This document shows positions 11,851-25,830 of a stretch of 64,000 nt of DNA, in pieces; the first letter of the stretch is position 1, and every line of letters begins with the position of its first letter. The notes under the pieces are model-generated. The model ran no database searches and was not told the DNA's origin. It saw only the letters and a program-made list of their open reading frames with translations. Where the stretch lies: positions 94,178,001 through 94,242,000 of the forward strand of contig NC_043002.1 in the NCBI RefSeq assembly GCF_006345805.1, read 5' to 3'. Origin of the DNA: Octopus sinensis (taxonomy: Eukaryota). The translations under genes were made by a program, and so were the position numbers.

Positions 11851-12870
11851 AAGTACACACGTACTTACACATACATGGACGCACACACGGACATCCACAC
11901 ACATACATGGATGCACACACGCACATCCACACATACACACACACACTTGCACACGCACACACAGGGACCTACTCTCACACACACACAAACACTCTTCACA
12001 AACAATAACAATACTATTGCCAACTCCGACCACCACCATCACCACCACCACCACCACCACCGCCGCTGCCACTGCCACCACCACTACAACTAGAAACAAC
12101 AACAAGCGATTGTTATTTTCTTTAGATCACTGGAAGAAAGGATAGAATAGTCGATGCCGGTGGTATCTAATCTGGAAACTAGGCTGTTCCATAATAATTA
12201 TTTCTTATAAAGGAAGACACCAGTATCTACTTTGAACAACAAAATCAACAACAAAAGCAACATTGGGATTATGTGATATTATGTATTTGCCAAAGTTATT
12301 AGTGAAGTATGTGAAAGTAAGCTGTAATCTTTGTCTGAGAATATATTTTAAAATGCTAAGCACAGGTAAATTCAAATCAAAATCTTGTTTACGCTTCTGT
12401 AAGATGCTCTAGTTTCTTTCAGAAACTTAAAAGACATAAATAAACGATCCCTGATGAATTTCTTAATGAAAGACGAAACTAGTCAGTGTGAAGTATCATA
12501 CTAAGCTTGCTAAATTGGCAATAATTTTTTTTATTTTCATCTCAGGGCGAAATTTCGTAGTGAGATATGTTTAACATAGTTTTCATTGTTGTGGCCTGGA
12601 GGAGAGGGCAGTACTAATATGCTTTGCAGGCACTATCACAGCGTATCGACGTGATTAATGTTGTGAGTTGACTGTTGCAGAGAGAAAATATGTTCAGGAA
12701 AGAATTTCGGAAAACCTACTTTCCATGAAGGAAGAATTGAACGAAGTAGATCTAGGAATGGATAGATAGGTGCACGAGTAAGTGTCTTTGTGGGTACATT
12801 ACGTACAAAGAGAAAGGGAGAAACGAATCGAAGTGCCTGAGTGCAGATGGTATACATAATTATTCATAAG

Positions 12871-13104
12871 TAAGGCGGCGAGCTGGCAGAAACGTTAGCA
12901 TGCCGGGCGAAATGCGTAGCCGTATTTCGTCTGCCGTTACGTTCTGAGTTCAAATTCTGCCGAGGTCAACTTTGCCTTTCATCCTTTCGGGGTCGATTAA
13001 ATAAGTGCCAGTTACGCACTGGGGTCGATATAATCGACTTAATCCGTTTGTCTGTCTTTGTTTGTCCTCTCTGTGTTTAGCCCCTTGTGGGCAGTAAAGA
13101 AATA
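12871..13104 (+). mobile_element. SINE family A, full length with long TSD
   Basis: Near-consensus copy; 22-bp direct repeat GGTATACATAATTATTCATAAG at 12849-12870 and 13105-13126. Confidence 0.92.
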
Positions 13105-13204
13105 GGTATACATAATTATTCATAAGTCACGCTGTATTTGTACTGATAGTTATTCAGCTATTTATAGATTGTTTAAATGTTCGTATGAGTAAGCCTTTCT
13201 ACTA

Positions 13205-13322
13205 TTGGCACCGGGCATGAAATTTGGGGGAGGGGGGTTTCTCGATTACATCGAACTTCAGTGCTCAACGGGTACTTATTTTATTAACTCCGAAAGGAAG
13301 AAAGGCAGAGTCGACCTTAGCG
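13205..13322 (-). mobile_element. SINE family A, 3' fragment
   Basis: cgattacatcga...ggtacttattttatt...gaaaggcagagtcgacc. Confidence 0.65.
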
Positions 13323-13624
13323 CACTTGCATTTGCATTGTTCGTATTTAAAGGGACGAGGATTACCAGGTTGAGTCGAAATTTCTTTCGTATTTCAAATT
13401 TTAATTAATAGTTCTAGCAAATTACACACGAAATGCATTTATTAACCAAAATATATCCCATTATATTCTATTGTCTATTGCTATCGTTGTAACAGTAACT
13501 CGGTTCTACCCTTCTACTATTTGGATTGTTTAGGTTTAGAGGCAAACATCTTGCAACCGTTTTCAACCTTATCCTCATTCTTGAGCCTACTGTTACTTCA
13601 CCCTGCCTACTGTTCAGACCTTGC

Positions 13625-14320
13625 TGCTGCAAGGACTGAACAGTAGGCAGGGTGGGGTAACATTTCCAGTCCCTCAAGTACCTCAAGTTCTTCAAGTTTG
13701 CGCTTGGTCACATTGACAGTATGGGCTGACGCAACATTCGATTGAATAATTCCGAGAAGCGTGCTTTCAAAACATCATACACTCCCGATAGTTGTTGAAC
13801 GTAAAGGTTAGCGTTCATAGAATGACTATCTGGGACTAGCTCAAAGTGCTATACCCCATAAAAATTCAACAAAACACACAACATGGCTTCCTGCTTAAAC
13901 CGACTTTGTTTCGCAACTGATTCTGAAGCATAATCGGAACGAAACCAATGGTTTCTCTGAGTAGGATTACGAAAATAGATCCATTTTCATCCCCAGTTGA
14001 CATCAAAAACAGGCATCTCAAGGATCTGCCAGCAGTTGTTTGCAAATGTTCACATGTTGCTGAACCTTGTCATTGGTCATTTCATTTCCCGATAGTGTTT
14101 ATTCACTAGGTTGAACTTATGGAGGTGTCGATCGAAGGAGCTATGTGAGGGCCCAAACTCTGCCGACTATGTACGAATGATTGTGCTTAGTTGTTGTTCA
14201 CCTATTGTAAGCAGGGCTTTATGTTCCGCAGCAGAAGGTCTCCCTGGCCTTGGGTTGTCTTGAAACGTTGTTGTACCACACGTTTGTTGACGGTTTCTGG
14301 GCCCTCCACATTATTAATTC
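13625..14320 (-). mobile_element. Mariner transposase remnant (pseudogene)
   Basis: Minus-strand frameshifted motifs LHKFNLVNK, TGDE/KWIYF, LEMLPHPAY (start of the YSPDL region). Confidence 0.75.
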
Positions 14321-14642
14321 TTTTGTCGCTATCCTTGCTCTCTGCCCTTTTTACCTTAGGGAGTGTAAAATGACTTTGATAGCAATCTTTTCACCATACA
14401 TTATCAAAGCTTAAAAGTAAAGAGAAAACAATAAATGTTTATATGCTATATATTAAAATAATGAATGAACAGCAGCAACGATTGGACAAGCTGTATCAAA
14501 ATTAAGGATACTACATAGAAATACAAGTTGCCGAAAGTCATAAATGAAAATCCGAAAAAACTTTTGACTCAACCTCATAGAATGTCTGAAGTTCACATCT
14601 TTTTCTCGTAATTCAAACTTATCTGAAATAAATTGTTTTTAG

Positions 14643-14735
14643 CATCCCGGACTCTAACTGGAAAATAAGTCTTGAAGGAAGCTTGGTTTGCAGCGAACTT
14701 GACCATATTCCACGGAATTTTCCACTCTACTTTTG
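14643..14735 (+). CDS. Candidate internal exon (93 bp, phase 2-2)
   Basis: Acceptor aattgtttttag, donor TG|gtaata; only one open frame: IPDSNWKISLEGSLVCSELDHIPRNFPLYF. Confidence 0.3.
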
Positions 14736-15569
14736 GTAATAAAAATATATCAAATTAGGTGAAAATATCGCAAACGTTGGCACTAAATACACACTTTATT
14801 GTATACAAATGAATCTCTCATTATTTAATTTACATGTCAAAGTGTCTTTTACTTTTGTTGCCGTTCCACCATGCCCTCAACTGAAAAATATGTCACCTAA
14901 AAAACACGCTATACGAAGGTTATTTTCCTATTCTTGCTGATCAGAGTTTCTCAACATCTTCCTGAAGTTAATTCTTTTTCTCGATTTCTTCTCTTTTAAA
15001 ACAAAAATATGTAAAGCTCAAAAAATTTTATGAAATATAAAAATTTTCAAGCAATAAAAATAAGACTTCTTTCAAAGAAATTTTGAGAAAAAAACCTTTG
15101 TGATTCATTAAAAAGTTCACTTAGAGTGTATAGACTAAAAGTCTAAACAAAATACTTATTGCTCTAATAAATCTATTCAATTTATAAATTATTTGATTTA
15201 AAGCGAAAAAGTCCATTTTTAAATCTATATTGTCAACTGAATAAAAAATATAATAAAATAAGGCTTGTATTCTATAGATTGTATAAGATGTACGCAGTTT
15301 TAAATTTGACATTTATTTTCAACAATTATATAAAAGCTCTCAATAAAAGTGACATTTTAAGACGGCATAACGTAGTTAACGTAAATTTATTTAATACATG
15401 CTTGCGTTCATACATACACACACATACATACATATATACATATATACAAACATACATATTTACATACACACACAGACAAACATGCATATATATAATATGC
15501 ACATATAGATAAATTTATATAAATATTTGTGCGAGTATGCATATATAGATATATAATATATAACGTATA

Positions 15570-15655
15570 TCCATCCACCCACCCATCCATCCATCCATCC
15601 ATCATCCATCCATCCATCCATCCATCCATCCATCCATCCATCCATCCATCATAAA
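15570..15655. repeat. (ATCC)n microsatellite
   Basis: Direct reading; source of the MDGW-repeat ORFs. Confidence 0.95.
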
Positions 15656-15671
15656 CATACATGCATCTATG

Positions 15672-15904
15672 TCTTTTAGTCTTTTAGTCTTTTACTTGTT
15701 TCAGTCATTTGACTGCGGCCATGCTGGAGCACCACCTTTAATCGAGCAACTCGACCCCGGGACTTATTCTTTTGTACGCCCAGTACTTATTCTATCGGTC
15801 TCTTTGGCCGAACCGCTAAGTAACGGGGACATAAACACACCAGCATCGGTTGTCAAGCAAAGCTAGGGGGACAAACACAGACACACAAACACACACACGC
15901 ATAT

Positions 15905-15975
<71 letters not shown>

Positions 15976-16100
15976 CATATATACAACTGGCTTCTTTCAG
16001 TTTCCGTCTACCAAATCCACTCACAAGGCTTTGGTCGGCTCGAGGCTATAGTAGAAGACACTTGCCCAAGGTGCCCCGCAGTGGGACTGAACCCGGAACC
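15672..16100 (-). mobile_element. SINE family B (tRNA/CORE-like head, internal AC/AT microsatellite), 5'-truncated
   Basis: Minus strand: ggttccgggttcagtcccactgcggggcaccttgggcaagtgtcttc ... ggtgctccagcatggccgcagtcaaatgactgaaacaagtaaaaga. Confidence 0.9.
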
Positions 16101-16629
16101 ACTATATATATATATAAAATTTAAAAATAGGATAAAATCTTTATAAGAATTTATCAAGTAGTTAGCGTGAGTCCCTTTAAGAGTCCCCCCTAGCGTGTAT
16201 AGTAATGCCCTCAATATATATATATATATATAAATACATACACGTGCGTGCACGCTCTATGTGTGTTCGTGTGTGCGTGTGTATTGCTGTTACTGTATAT
16301 TCAACGTCGAGTGTTTACAAGTCATTTTTTTTGTTTATATAGGCTCAGGCATGACTGTCGTTAAAATGTTCGCTCCGCAACTACGTGATTCACTCATACT
16401 TACACGACATCTTGAGCAAGTGCTTTCTACAATAGCTCTGGGACAGCCAGTGCCATATAAGTCAATTGAGTGGAGAAAGAATTGAGCGGAAGCCCGCTCG
16501 TACTGGAAGCGGTGAGAATTTCAATAATTAAAGTATCTATCTTAAATGGCATTTCAGATAAGTAATACCTCATTTTATGAGGATCCACTTTACTAGACCC
16601 CGGGTTTACGAGTTTTATTTCATCATGAA

Positions 16630-16925
16630 CTAGCAGTATCGCACGGCGTTGCTCGGGTTTGTAAGGGAAATAACTATATAAGCATTTTTAGAGAGTTATA
16701 GCCAAAAAATAGCAAAAAAATGCATTAAAAATGGAAAAAAGTTATGGTAAAGTTTTTTTAAAATCGTTGACTCATCGTAAACGCGCGCTAATACCCAGAA
16801 GGGCTCGACATGAATCACGACTATAAGATAACCGGTTTTGGTTAAACTGCACCGCAAAATGTGGGAATAGTTAGGAATCTAAATCGTAGGAGACAGACAC
16901 ACAACTTCACTTTTATATATAAAGA
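16630..16925 (-). mobile_element. Non-autonomous Helitron (296 bp), same family as 3706-4204
   Basis: Minus strand: A|TCTTTATATATAAAAG start, cccgagcaacgccgtg hairpin remnant, CTAG|T end. Confidence 0.88.
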
Positions 16926-17689
16926 TATGAAAAGATTAGACAACCATATTGTATGAAGCAGCGTCGAAACATGTGACAACACTGATTCTCACGCGTCGAC
17001 ACAGCTACATATAGCGACGGAGTAAAATGACGGCATAAAATTTTATTGCTACTATAGCAACTCATGGTTCTGCTTTACGAGTTTTCGCTTTATGAGCGGT
17101 CTCCAGGATGAAATTAACTCGTATATCGAGGCATTACTGTACCCTTATTCGTCTTCGTTGTTCAAATACATTTTTCTGAATCTTCAGATTTTCCTATATG
17201 CTAGGTTTTAAATTGATATTAATCAAATTAATATTCAATTTGTCACCCTTATTATTTTAAATTTAAATTTAAATAACTATGTTCTCTAACCCGCCAAATT
17301 CACTGCAGAGAATTATTTTCTGCAGAATTATTTCCGGTATTTTGGCGCGCCAAAACGAAGACTTTTGATATATAAGCCCAAATGTAAATGGTAGAACTAC
17401 ATACATGTTCAGTCTCATGCGGACGACTCGTGTATAGTTCTGCAAATTATATTTTGCTATGACGATCACACTGACGAGTTGCGGACATCTATGTAAGTGA
17501 TTACGTAAGTCGTAACAACGAAACTGGTTTGTGATTAATCTGTATATTTTGTATCTTTTCATTTGTCTTGCTCGCTTACGTTCTGGCGTTTGCTAAATTT
17601 TCTTGAGAACATTCCTTTCATAGTGGTAAGACCAAAGGGGGTCGACTTTTAATATAATGGATGTCCACTTAGTGGTCATCCCTCTTATA

Positions 17690-17729
<40 letters not shown>

Positions 17730-17989
17730 TTGCAAACAACTTGCACATGCAAGTGCTACCAGTCGAAAGCTCCGCATACTGGAAGCCAACAATTGTATTG
17801 GGTTATCAGGAGAGAACGCTCGCCGTTTCGGGGCCTGCCTCTCGACGGCATCAATGCGCGCCGGCTCCGCCCACTCACTGATATGAGGCCCTGCTTGCTA
17901 GATCAACTGGTTATCAAATAAAGCTCAATATTCTTCTAGTCATCGCCCATCGTCTCTTTTATATATGTATTTATATTCTTTTATATTTT

Positions 17990-18195
17990 TATTTGTTTCA
18001 GTCATTTGACTGCAGCCATACTGGAGCTTGGCCTTTAGTTGACGGGCTTCTTTCAGTTTCTGTCAACCAAATCCACTCACAAGGCTTTGGTCGCCCTGAT
18101 GCTATAGTAGAAGACAATTGCCCAGGTTGCCACACAGTGGGACTGAACCCATGTAGTTGGGAAGCAAACTTCTTAATACACAGCAACGCCTGTGT
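17990..18195 (-). mobile_element. SINE family B, internally deleted
   Basis: tttcagtcatttgactgcagccatactggagc joined to gggcttctttcagtttc...gggactgaacc. Confidence 0.8.
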
Positions 18196-19370
18196 ATATA
18201 TTTGAATGAACACACACTCATTCACTGACTGACTGACTGACTGACTGACTCACTCACTCACTCACACACATATACGCACGTACACACGCACACATACGTA
18301 CACATGCACGCACGCTTGCACACACACACACACACACAACACACACACACACACACACACAAAGAGAGTGAATGGAAGAGATAGAAAGGAATAGAGAAAT
18401 ATAAAAGATCTGCTTGAATTTAAATTGGTTTTCTTTATCATCATCATTAGCGTTATACTGAGCACAAACATCATGATCACCACCACCACCACCACCACCA
18501 CCACCGCCATCACCCCCCCCACACCATCATCATCATCATCATCATCATCGCCGTCTTTAGGGAGGTATTTATCGCATCATTTGCCTTAACCTGAGGCAGA
18601 TACTAAATAGCTGATTAATTAAAAACAAGAAATTTGTACGATACATCATCAGCTTTTCAAAAATACATCTCATTAAGTCGAAGTTTTCGCTATTGATTTT
18701 GAAAAGTAATCCAATTTTCACATCTAGATCTTCGAAACAAGTCATTAGCCTGTGTGAGAATTATTTTTACCTGTAATGACCTTATATATTGAGGATTGTG
18801 AAAGTGTTAATAGTGGAGACATATGTTATTTTATATTCACATGGTATAGATTGCGGTATACATGATATACATTGAGTAACATTTACATGATTTTCTAAGA
18901 TTATCGCTACAGAAAGATATATTATTTTCACCATCGCATGTGCAAGATGGAAAAATTCTTTTGACTGAATGGCAAAAATATCATTCCTACACACCTACTC
19001 CAGCTCAAGTTTACCATAACTTTGTAAATATGACGTAGGAACGCACACAGACAGAGACACACACAAAGCTGAACGCATGTATACATATGTATATACAAAT
19101 ATGCATATATAAATATCCGTATATGTATATATACATATAGATATATACCTGCATACACATATGTACGCACATGTTTATAGAGTTTGATATTGCTTTTTGA
19201 CAACAAATCATACCACGGAAACTACAAAGAGAGAACTCGATGTAATTTAGCGAAGTAATACGGTTTTGCAATTTATTAAATTGAAGATTTTCAAGCAGAA
19301 ATATCTGTCTGAAAATCTGCCAACTGAATGAAAAGAGTATACACCTGGTCGCAGTGAGCAATTCAGTAAT

Positions 19371-19481
<111 letters not shown>

Positions 19482-20037
19482 ATCATTACAGTTTATGAAG
19501 TAATTCATTTTTGGAATTTGCTCTCGAAGTACATATAAAACTATAAATAATAGCATGCTTCATATGTACTTCGAGTTATATGTACTACATATATGTACTT
19601 TATATGCTGAAAATAGCTTTATGTATATATATAGTTTTGAATGGAAAGTGGTTGCTCTTTCACAAAGATATATTTTATCCAAGCGTACACCGGTTTTAGC
19701 TCCATATCGATTAATATACTTTGGATTTCCTTAATTTGTGCTAGTGTTAGTGTTAATATTTATGAAGTTCCAGTTGTCGTTATAGATGTTTTCATCCATT
19801 CGATACAGGAGAACAGAATTTTAAGCAACTCTCCATCCATTAGGATGTGAACGAATGTTTGTCAACTTTTGCCCCGAAGAGATTTTTACCTTTTAAATGC
19901 ATAATACAATCTTGATTACAAAATATGAAGGAAGGTAAGAAATTGAAACGAACGTAGGCGATATGAAATTGAGTGTTATAAAAATAAACTGATTTTTCTG
20001 TGTTCAAACTCTCCATTTTCCTTATATTATACACACG

Positions 20038-20117
<80 letters not shown>

Positions 20118-20164
20118 AACACAAATAGATAGATAAAGATAGATATGGCCGGTCTATTAGGTCA

Positions 20165-20500
20165 CCATGGGTTTCGTATCTATAAAGAGTCTAGAAACCG
20201 GAATTTTGCAATATTATTTTCTTAGCTTAGTTTTACATGTTTACACTGTTATTGCCTTCAAAGTATTCTCCATTTGAAGCAATGCATCATTCCAGACGCG
20301 TTTTCCATTGTTCGAAGTAGTGCCGAAGCTCTTGCGAAGTGATGCCTTTAAACCCCTCTGTCGTTTTTTTCCTTCGCCTCTTCCACATCTGCAAATTTCG
20401 TAGCACCAACTTTCGTCACCATTGATGCACTTCGAAAAAAGGTCTGGATCAACTTCCAACTGTTCTTTCAGTTCACGATACGCATTCAGTCGTGACTGCC
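20165..20500 (-). mobile_element. Internally deleted mariner remnant
   Basis: EVDPDLFSKCINGDESWCYE (TGDESW motif) joined, after a frame change, to a C-terminal CIASNGEYFEG motif. Confidence 0.75.
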
Positions 20501-20525
20501 TTTAATCTTCCGTGAGCAAGTGTGT

Positions 20526-20575
<50 letters not shown>

Positions 20576-20716
20576 ATATGTATTGAAAAACTCCATACAC
20601 GTAATAGTGAAATTTAAGATAAACAAGTGAATATGGACTCTGGAGTGAGTGAGAAATGTAGCTAAATAGGAAGTATGATAACGGAACATACACTAGTGGA
20701 GAGAGAAATGAGAGAG

Positions 20717-20752
<36 letters not shown>

Positions 20753-20765
20753 TGAGATGAGAGAG

Positions 20766-20813
<48 letters not shown>

Positions 20814-21239
20814 CATAAGTCATTCAGTACATTGTCCCTAAATTTGTCGAAATCCAAGACCTAAGCCACTTGAATTATTTCCTTTAAATAATTTTATTCA
20901 TTTCTTTTAATAATACAAATCAGTACTCTTATGCCATGTGTAAAACATCTCCGTAACTCTTATGCCATGTGTAAAAATTACAGTCAACTGTTGAAGGTAC
21001 TCTACTGTGTAGTCTTTAGAGTTGTTTTTAATTTAACAAATAAATTTAACGAGATTCATTAGTTAGAAAATGTTTTAAGAACCTATCTATCTATAGATAG
21101 ATATCTATATCGGTTCATTAGTTAGAAAAGGTTTTAAGAACCTATCTATGGATAAAAGCAAATGCGCGTGTACATATATACTTACGTGTTGTAGCTAGGA
21201 CACTCTATAATGAAATCCGTCGGAAAGATAACCCCGAGA

Positions 21240-21745
21240 ACAAAGAAATAAGAACCTACAGTATGGTAGAAGCCATAGCCACTCATACTAAAAAGGAGAA
21301 CTGGTGGAATGTCCCAGTGAAAGCCTCAATGAAGTGTAAACATAATAGACCTGACATAGTAATTAGGGACAGACAAGAGAAACTGTGTGCAATTGTGGAA
21401 ATCAGCTACTCAGTGGATGTTAATATAAAGCTGAAGATCAGTGAAAAAGAGAATACCTACGCTGAACTATTGAGAAATTTGCAGTTACTCTATCCTGATT
21501 ACAAGTTCAGGTTTATACCTGCAATTATTGGGGCCCTGGGATATGTAATACAATGCCTAAACATCAGTCTTGAGAAATTAAGCTTCTCAAATCCAGAAAG
21601 GAGATAGCTAATTCAAAAACTACAGATCCACTCAATCACTGGAATTGTAAAAATCTGTAAAACTTCCAAAAGTTTATCATTTAAATATATATGAGCATGT
21701 CTAGATATGCATGAGAATACATACATAAAACATGCAAATCTGCAC
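21240..21745 (+). mobile_element. 3' end of a restriction-like-endonuclease LINE (R4/Dong-like), running into (TACA)n
   Basis: HNRPDIVIRD...IVEISYSVD...KENTYAEL...PAIIGALG is a PD-(D/E)xK RLE domain; clade assignment is inference. Confidence 0.8.
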
Positions 21746-21749
21746 ATAT

Positions 21750-21780
21750 ACATACATGCATGCATACATACATACATACA

Positions 21781-21814
<34 letters not shown>

Positions 21815-23035
21815 CATACATGCATACATACACACATACATACATACATACATACATACATACATACATACATACATACATACATACATACATACATACA
21901 TACATACATAATACATACATGCATACATACACACATACATACATACATACATACATACATACATACATACATACATACATAACCTGTTGTTGATGTTGAA
22001 ATTCCAATGAATGAGCTTTGAATCTAAGTTAGAAGCCGGCTCTTTCTCTATTGGTGAGAAATCTTGAAATAAAACTGAGCAATGATATACATACATACAT
22101 GCATACATACATACACACACACACACACATACGTACATGGTGATTACTCCATTTTTACTGATGATTGTCGCCTCTCTGTGCTTCCTTGTTGTTAATAACA
22201 TCTCGGACTTTCTGTCCATGACTTCTCAGATGACAATTCAGTCTCGTTGGAGTTTAACATGATTTGAAACATATGACAGACGAAAGTTGTGACTTCTCAC
22301 TAAATTTCATCGGATCATTTGGTGGGATGTATTCTTAGTGTACTTCCATATGTCTTTCCATTCTTGAAATTGGCTTTTAAACTGTTTCACATATTACACA
22401 TGTTGAATCGCTGGTTTAGGAAAGCGGACATTGTATACAGTTGAGCTTTCATGGGACTTTATATGGTTGATATATCCAGCTTTAGAAAGGAGTACACAGC
22501 CAGATGTTTCATAGCTCTAGCGCTTTACGTCCACATCGAGGTCCGGACATACATACATACATACATACATACATACATACATACATACATACATACATAC
22601 ATGCATACATACATACATGCATACATACATACATACACGCATGCATGCATACATACATAATCATACATACATACGTACATAGATACATACATATAGACAC
22701 ACATACGTACGTACATACATATATACATACGTACGTACATATATACTTACGTAAGTACTACGTACGTACATACATGCATACATGCATACATACATACATA
22801 CATGCATACATACATACATGCATACATACATCATAAGTATATACATACGTATATAGATACATACATATATACATACACATACATATATACATACATATAT
22901 ACATACATACGTACATACATACGTACGTGCATACATACGTAAATACTACGTACGTACATACATGCATACATACATACATACATACATACATACATACATA
23001 CATACATACATACATACATACATACATACATACGT
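21750..23035. repeat. (TACA)n array interrupted by retroelement fragments
   Basis: Direct reading; pure tracts at about 21750-21980 and 22545-23035. Confidence 0.95.
22135..22545 (-). mobile_element. LINE 3' end with C2H2 zinc-finger remnants (RTE-like), (ATGT)n tail
   Basis: Minus strand GCVLLSKAGYINHIKSH and VICFKSC*TPTRLNCHLRSHG; clade is inference. Confidence 0.5.
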
Positions 23036-24199
23036 ACACACGTGAAAACTCGATCTGTTTGTGCTAATAGTAACATGTAATCTAGTAAAACCTGATACTT
23101 GGCCGATCGACGGCGGTTAAAGCTGCCCTACCGTGAGGGGTGTTGCTATCTTGGTGAGGAGCGTTGGTAGGAATCAAACAGAACCAAAACAAAACTTGTC
23201 AAAAGGATGGATGCAGCCAGTAAAGGCTCAATGGCTATGTAGTAATAAGGAGCGGCGGTGGGGGATGCATGTCTTTAAAACTGCGTACCGGTGTTCAGCA
23301 TTCTGTAAGACAACTGTTTGCAGTGAAGCAGCCTGTAACCTTCGTTCAAGTCCGTCGACTCCTTGGTTCTGACAACGAGACCGGTTTGCAGTCTGGTATA
23401 AAATACGTTTTCGAATTAAAATATTATATGAGCATTGTTGACAATGCTTCAAATTTTCCAGCGGTTATATTCGATTACGAATGGACAGCTACCGTTCTCG
23501 CAAACAAATGCACGCACGCGTACACACACACACACACACACTCACGCAAAGTTTAATTGTTTCCAGGTGAATTCGACGTGAAACATGTGTACATGTGTTA
23601 AATGTTGATAGACATTTGTAACTTAATTTGAGAGACTTAATTTTCATGTTTTGTCTTTATATCGCCCAGAGACTGGATTAATATGTGTATACAGAGCGAG
23701 AGGGAAACGCCTACGAATAAAGAATGAAGGTACATGTGGCCAGCTTGCAAGTATCAGTGTAGTGCCTTGTATTGATTTGCCTATATTGATGTATACACTT
23801 TCAGTATTGATGTTTTGTGCAATGGAAACAATCTTCCAATACAAGCAACTTAAAATCACTAATCCTAAACGTTAAAACTCTTGCTAGCTTACACAGAATT
23901 GAATGAGAAATGTTTTATCAACACAGTGTCTTAGGAACTGTTGGAATATCACGGGCTAACGCGTATTATATCTTAAGGTCACCTTGAAACTGCAGATATT
24001 TCTCTGCCGACACAGTGACAATGCTCAGCATCAGAAGACATATACACGCATAGCTTGTATTTTACTATTATAGAGGTAGGACTTGTACTTATGATACGAA
24101 CAAACCTTGGAATATTTGAGGCATGATTCTTCAATAACCATGCAGCAAAATCAGTAACTGTGATGCAGATATTCGGCTAAAGATAAAGACGTTAGTGAC

Positions 24200-24420
24200 A
24201 TCCAAATCCAGACGGTTTCTATGGATTGTACAAATACACTCATTTACCTTTTAGATTAAAAGTGGCACCAGAAATATTCCAGCAAATCATGGATACTATG
24301 TTATCTGATTGTGAATTTGCAATCCTGTATTTGGACAATATTTTGGTCAAGAGTAATTCTCTTGAACAGCATGGGGAACAGCATGTGAAATGCATAAAAG
24401 CTGTGCTTAAGAAAATTAAA
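24200..24420 (+). mobile_element. Gypsy/Ty3 reverse transcriptase fragment
   Basis: LYKYTHLPFRLKVAPEIFQQIMDTMLSDCEFAILYLDNILV (LPFG and YLDD boxes, both mutated). Confidence 0.85.
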
Positions 24421-24544
24421 GTCTCCAGGTCCTCTGTGATTCTCTAATTAAGCCGTTAAAAAGAGGTGAGTGAAGATGAAAGCTCTTTTCTGTGAGGGCC
24501 TGAGTAAATCATGAAAAATATATAATTGTCGTCATCAGTTTTAT

Positions 24545-25830
24545 CTCATATCCGAGAATGTATTTTCATCCCTGCTAAACGCCTTTTTTATGGCGACGCC
24601 GTTGATGACTCTGTCGACCAATTATTGCATAGAAAAGTCGATGGCATTTACTGTATAGCAATGCTGGGGTATGTCGAGCCTCTTTCTCCTGTCGTTTGAT
24701 TTCTTTCTTTTCTCTTCTGGTGGCTTCGAAGATTTTGGGTCCGATGGTGATGGAACAACCGCTACTTGGTACGGTCTCGGGCTTGTGTTTCAAACGATTT
24801 AAGCTCAAATCCAATGGCTTTCAGTGTTGCTTTGAGTTGGTTCTTGTATTTTCAAAGAGAACAACCCCGTGGTCTTCTTCTCTAAGTGAGCTCACTGAAT
24901 AAGACTTGGCGTAGGAATCTTGACTCTTCCACTCTTGCTACATATCCTTACCATCGAAGACGGTGTTTCATGATCATCGATTCGATTCTTTGACTGTTGC
25001 CTTTCAAGGACTTTGTTGTTGGTAACATAGTGTTCTCATTTTATGCTCGAGATTGAACGAAGCCTTTGTTGGTGAAATTTTTGGATGTCGTGATGATATA
25101 GAGTCCAGGTTTCGTAGCCATATAGTAAGGTTAGAATGACAACAGCATTATAAGCCATATATTTTCATTGTTAAGTTACGATCTTTGTTGTTGAAGACAC
25201 GTTTGGTTAACTTTCCATATCCCCATGTGCAACTCCAATTCTGTGTTCCACAGCCTTCTCCGAGGTGCATTTGTTTGATAAAAGGTTGCCTACCTATGGA
25301 AAGTCCTCTACTTTTTCGAGAGATATATCAGAGATGGTAACATCAAAATCTGGTAAGATGACATTTGCAGCTGTTTGTGTAAGGACCTTGGTTTTCTTGA
25401 TGTTTATTGTAAGGCCAAAGTGATAGCAGGCCATAGCAAAGTTGTTCATAGATTGTTGGAGTTATTTTGAATGACAGAAGGCAGCATTGTCATCAGCGTA
25501 TTGAAGTTCTGAAATGTGTTGCATATGCATTAGATGTTTAGATCGAAGTCCACTAAGATTGAAAAAATCTTCCATCACATCGATATCTGATATCAACTAC
25601 TGGATTGTCTGGAGGAACTTCGTGAAGCATTGTAGCCAGATACAAAGAGAATCGCGTAGGTACTAAGATGCATCCTTGCTTAGTCCGCATGTGATTGCTG
25701 GCAGCATATTTTGGTGGAATACACGTCCAGACATATTGTCATGAATTGCTTGAACCAGAGAGATGAAGTGATCAGGACATCCAAAGCGATGGTGATAAAC
25801 CTAATACTGTGATATTCCGATTAAATCGTA
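24545..25830 (-). mobile_element. RTE-clade (BovB-like) LINE, 5'-truncated pseudogene
   Basis: Minus strand CPDHFISLVQAIHDNM, KQGCIL, ISELQYADDNA, FGLTINIKKTKVL and terminal CHRLFYAIIGRQSHQRRRH. Confidence 0.85.
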
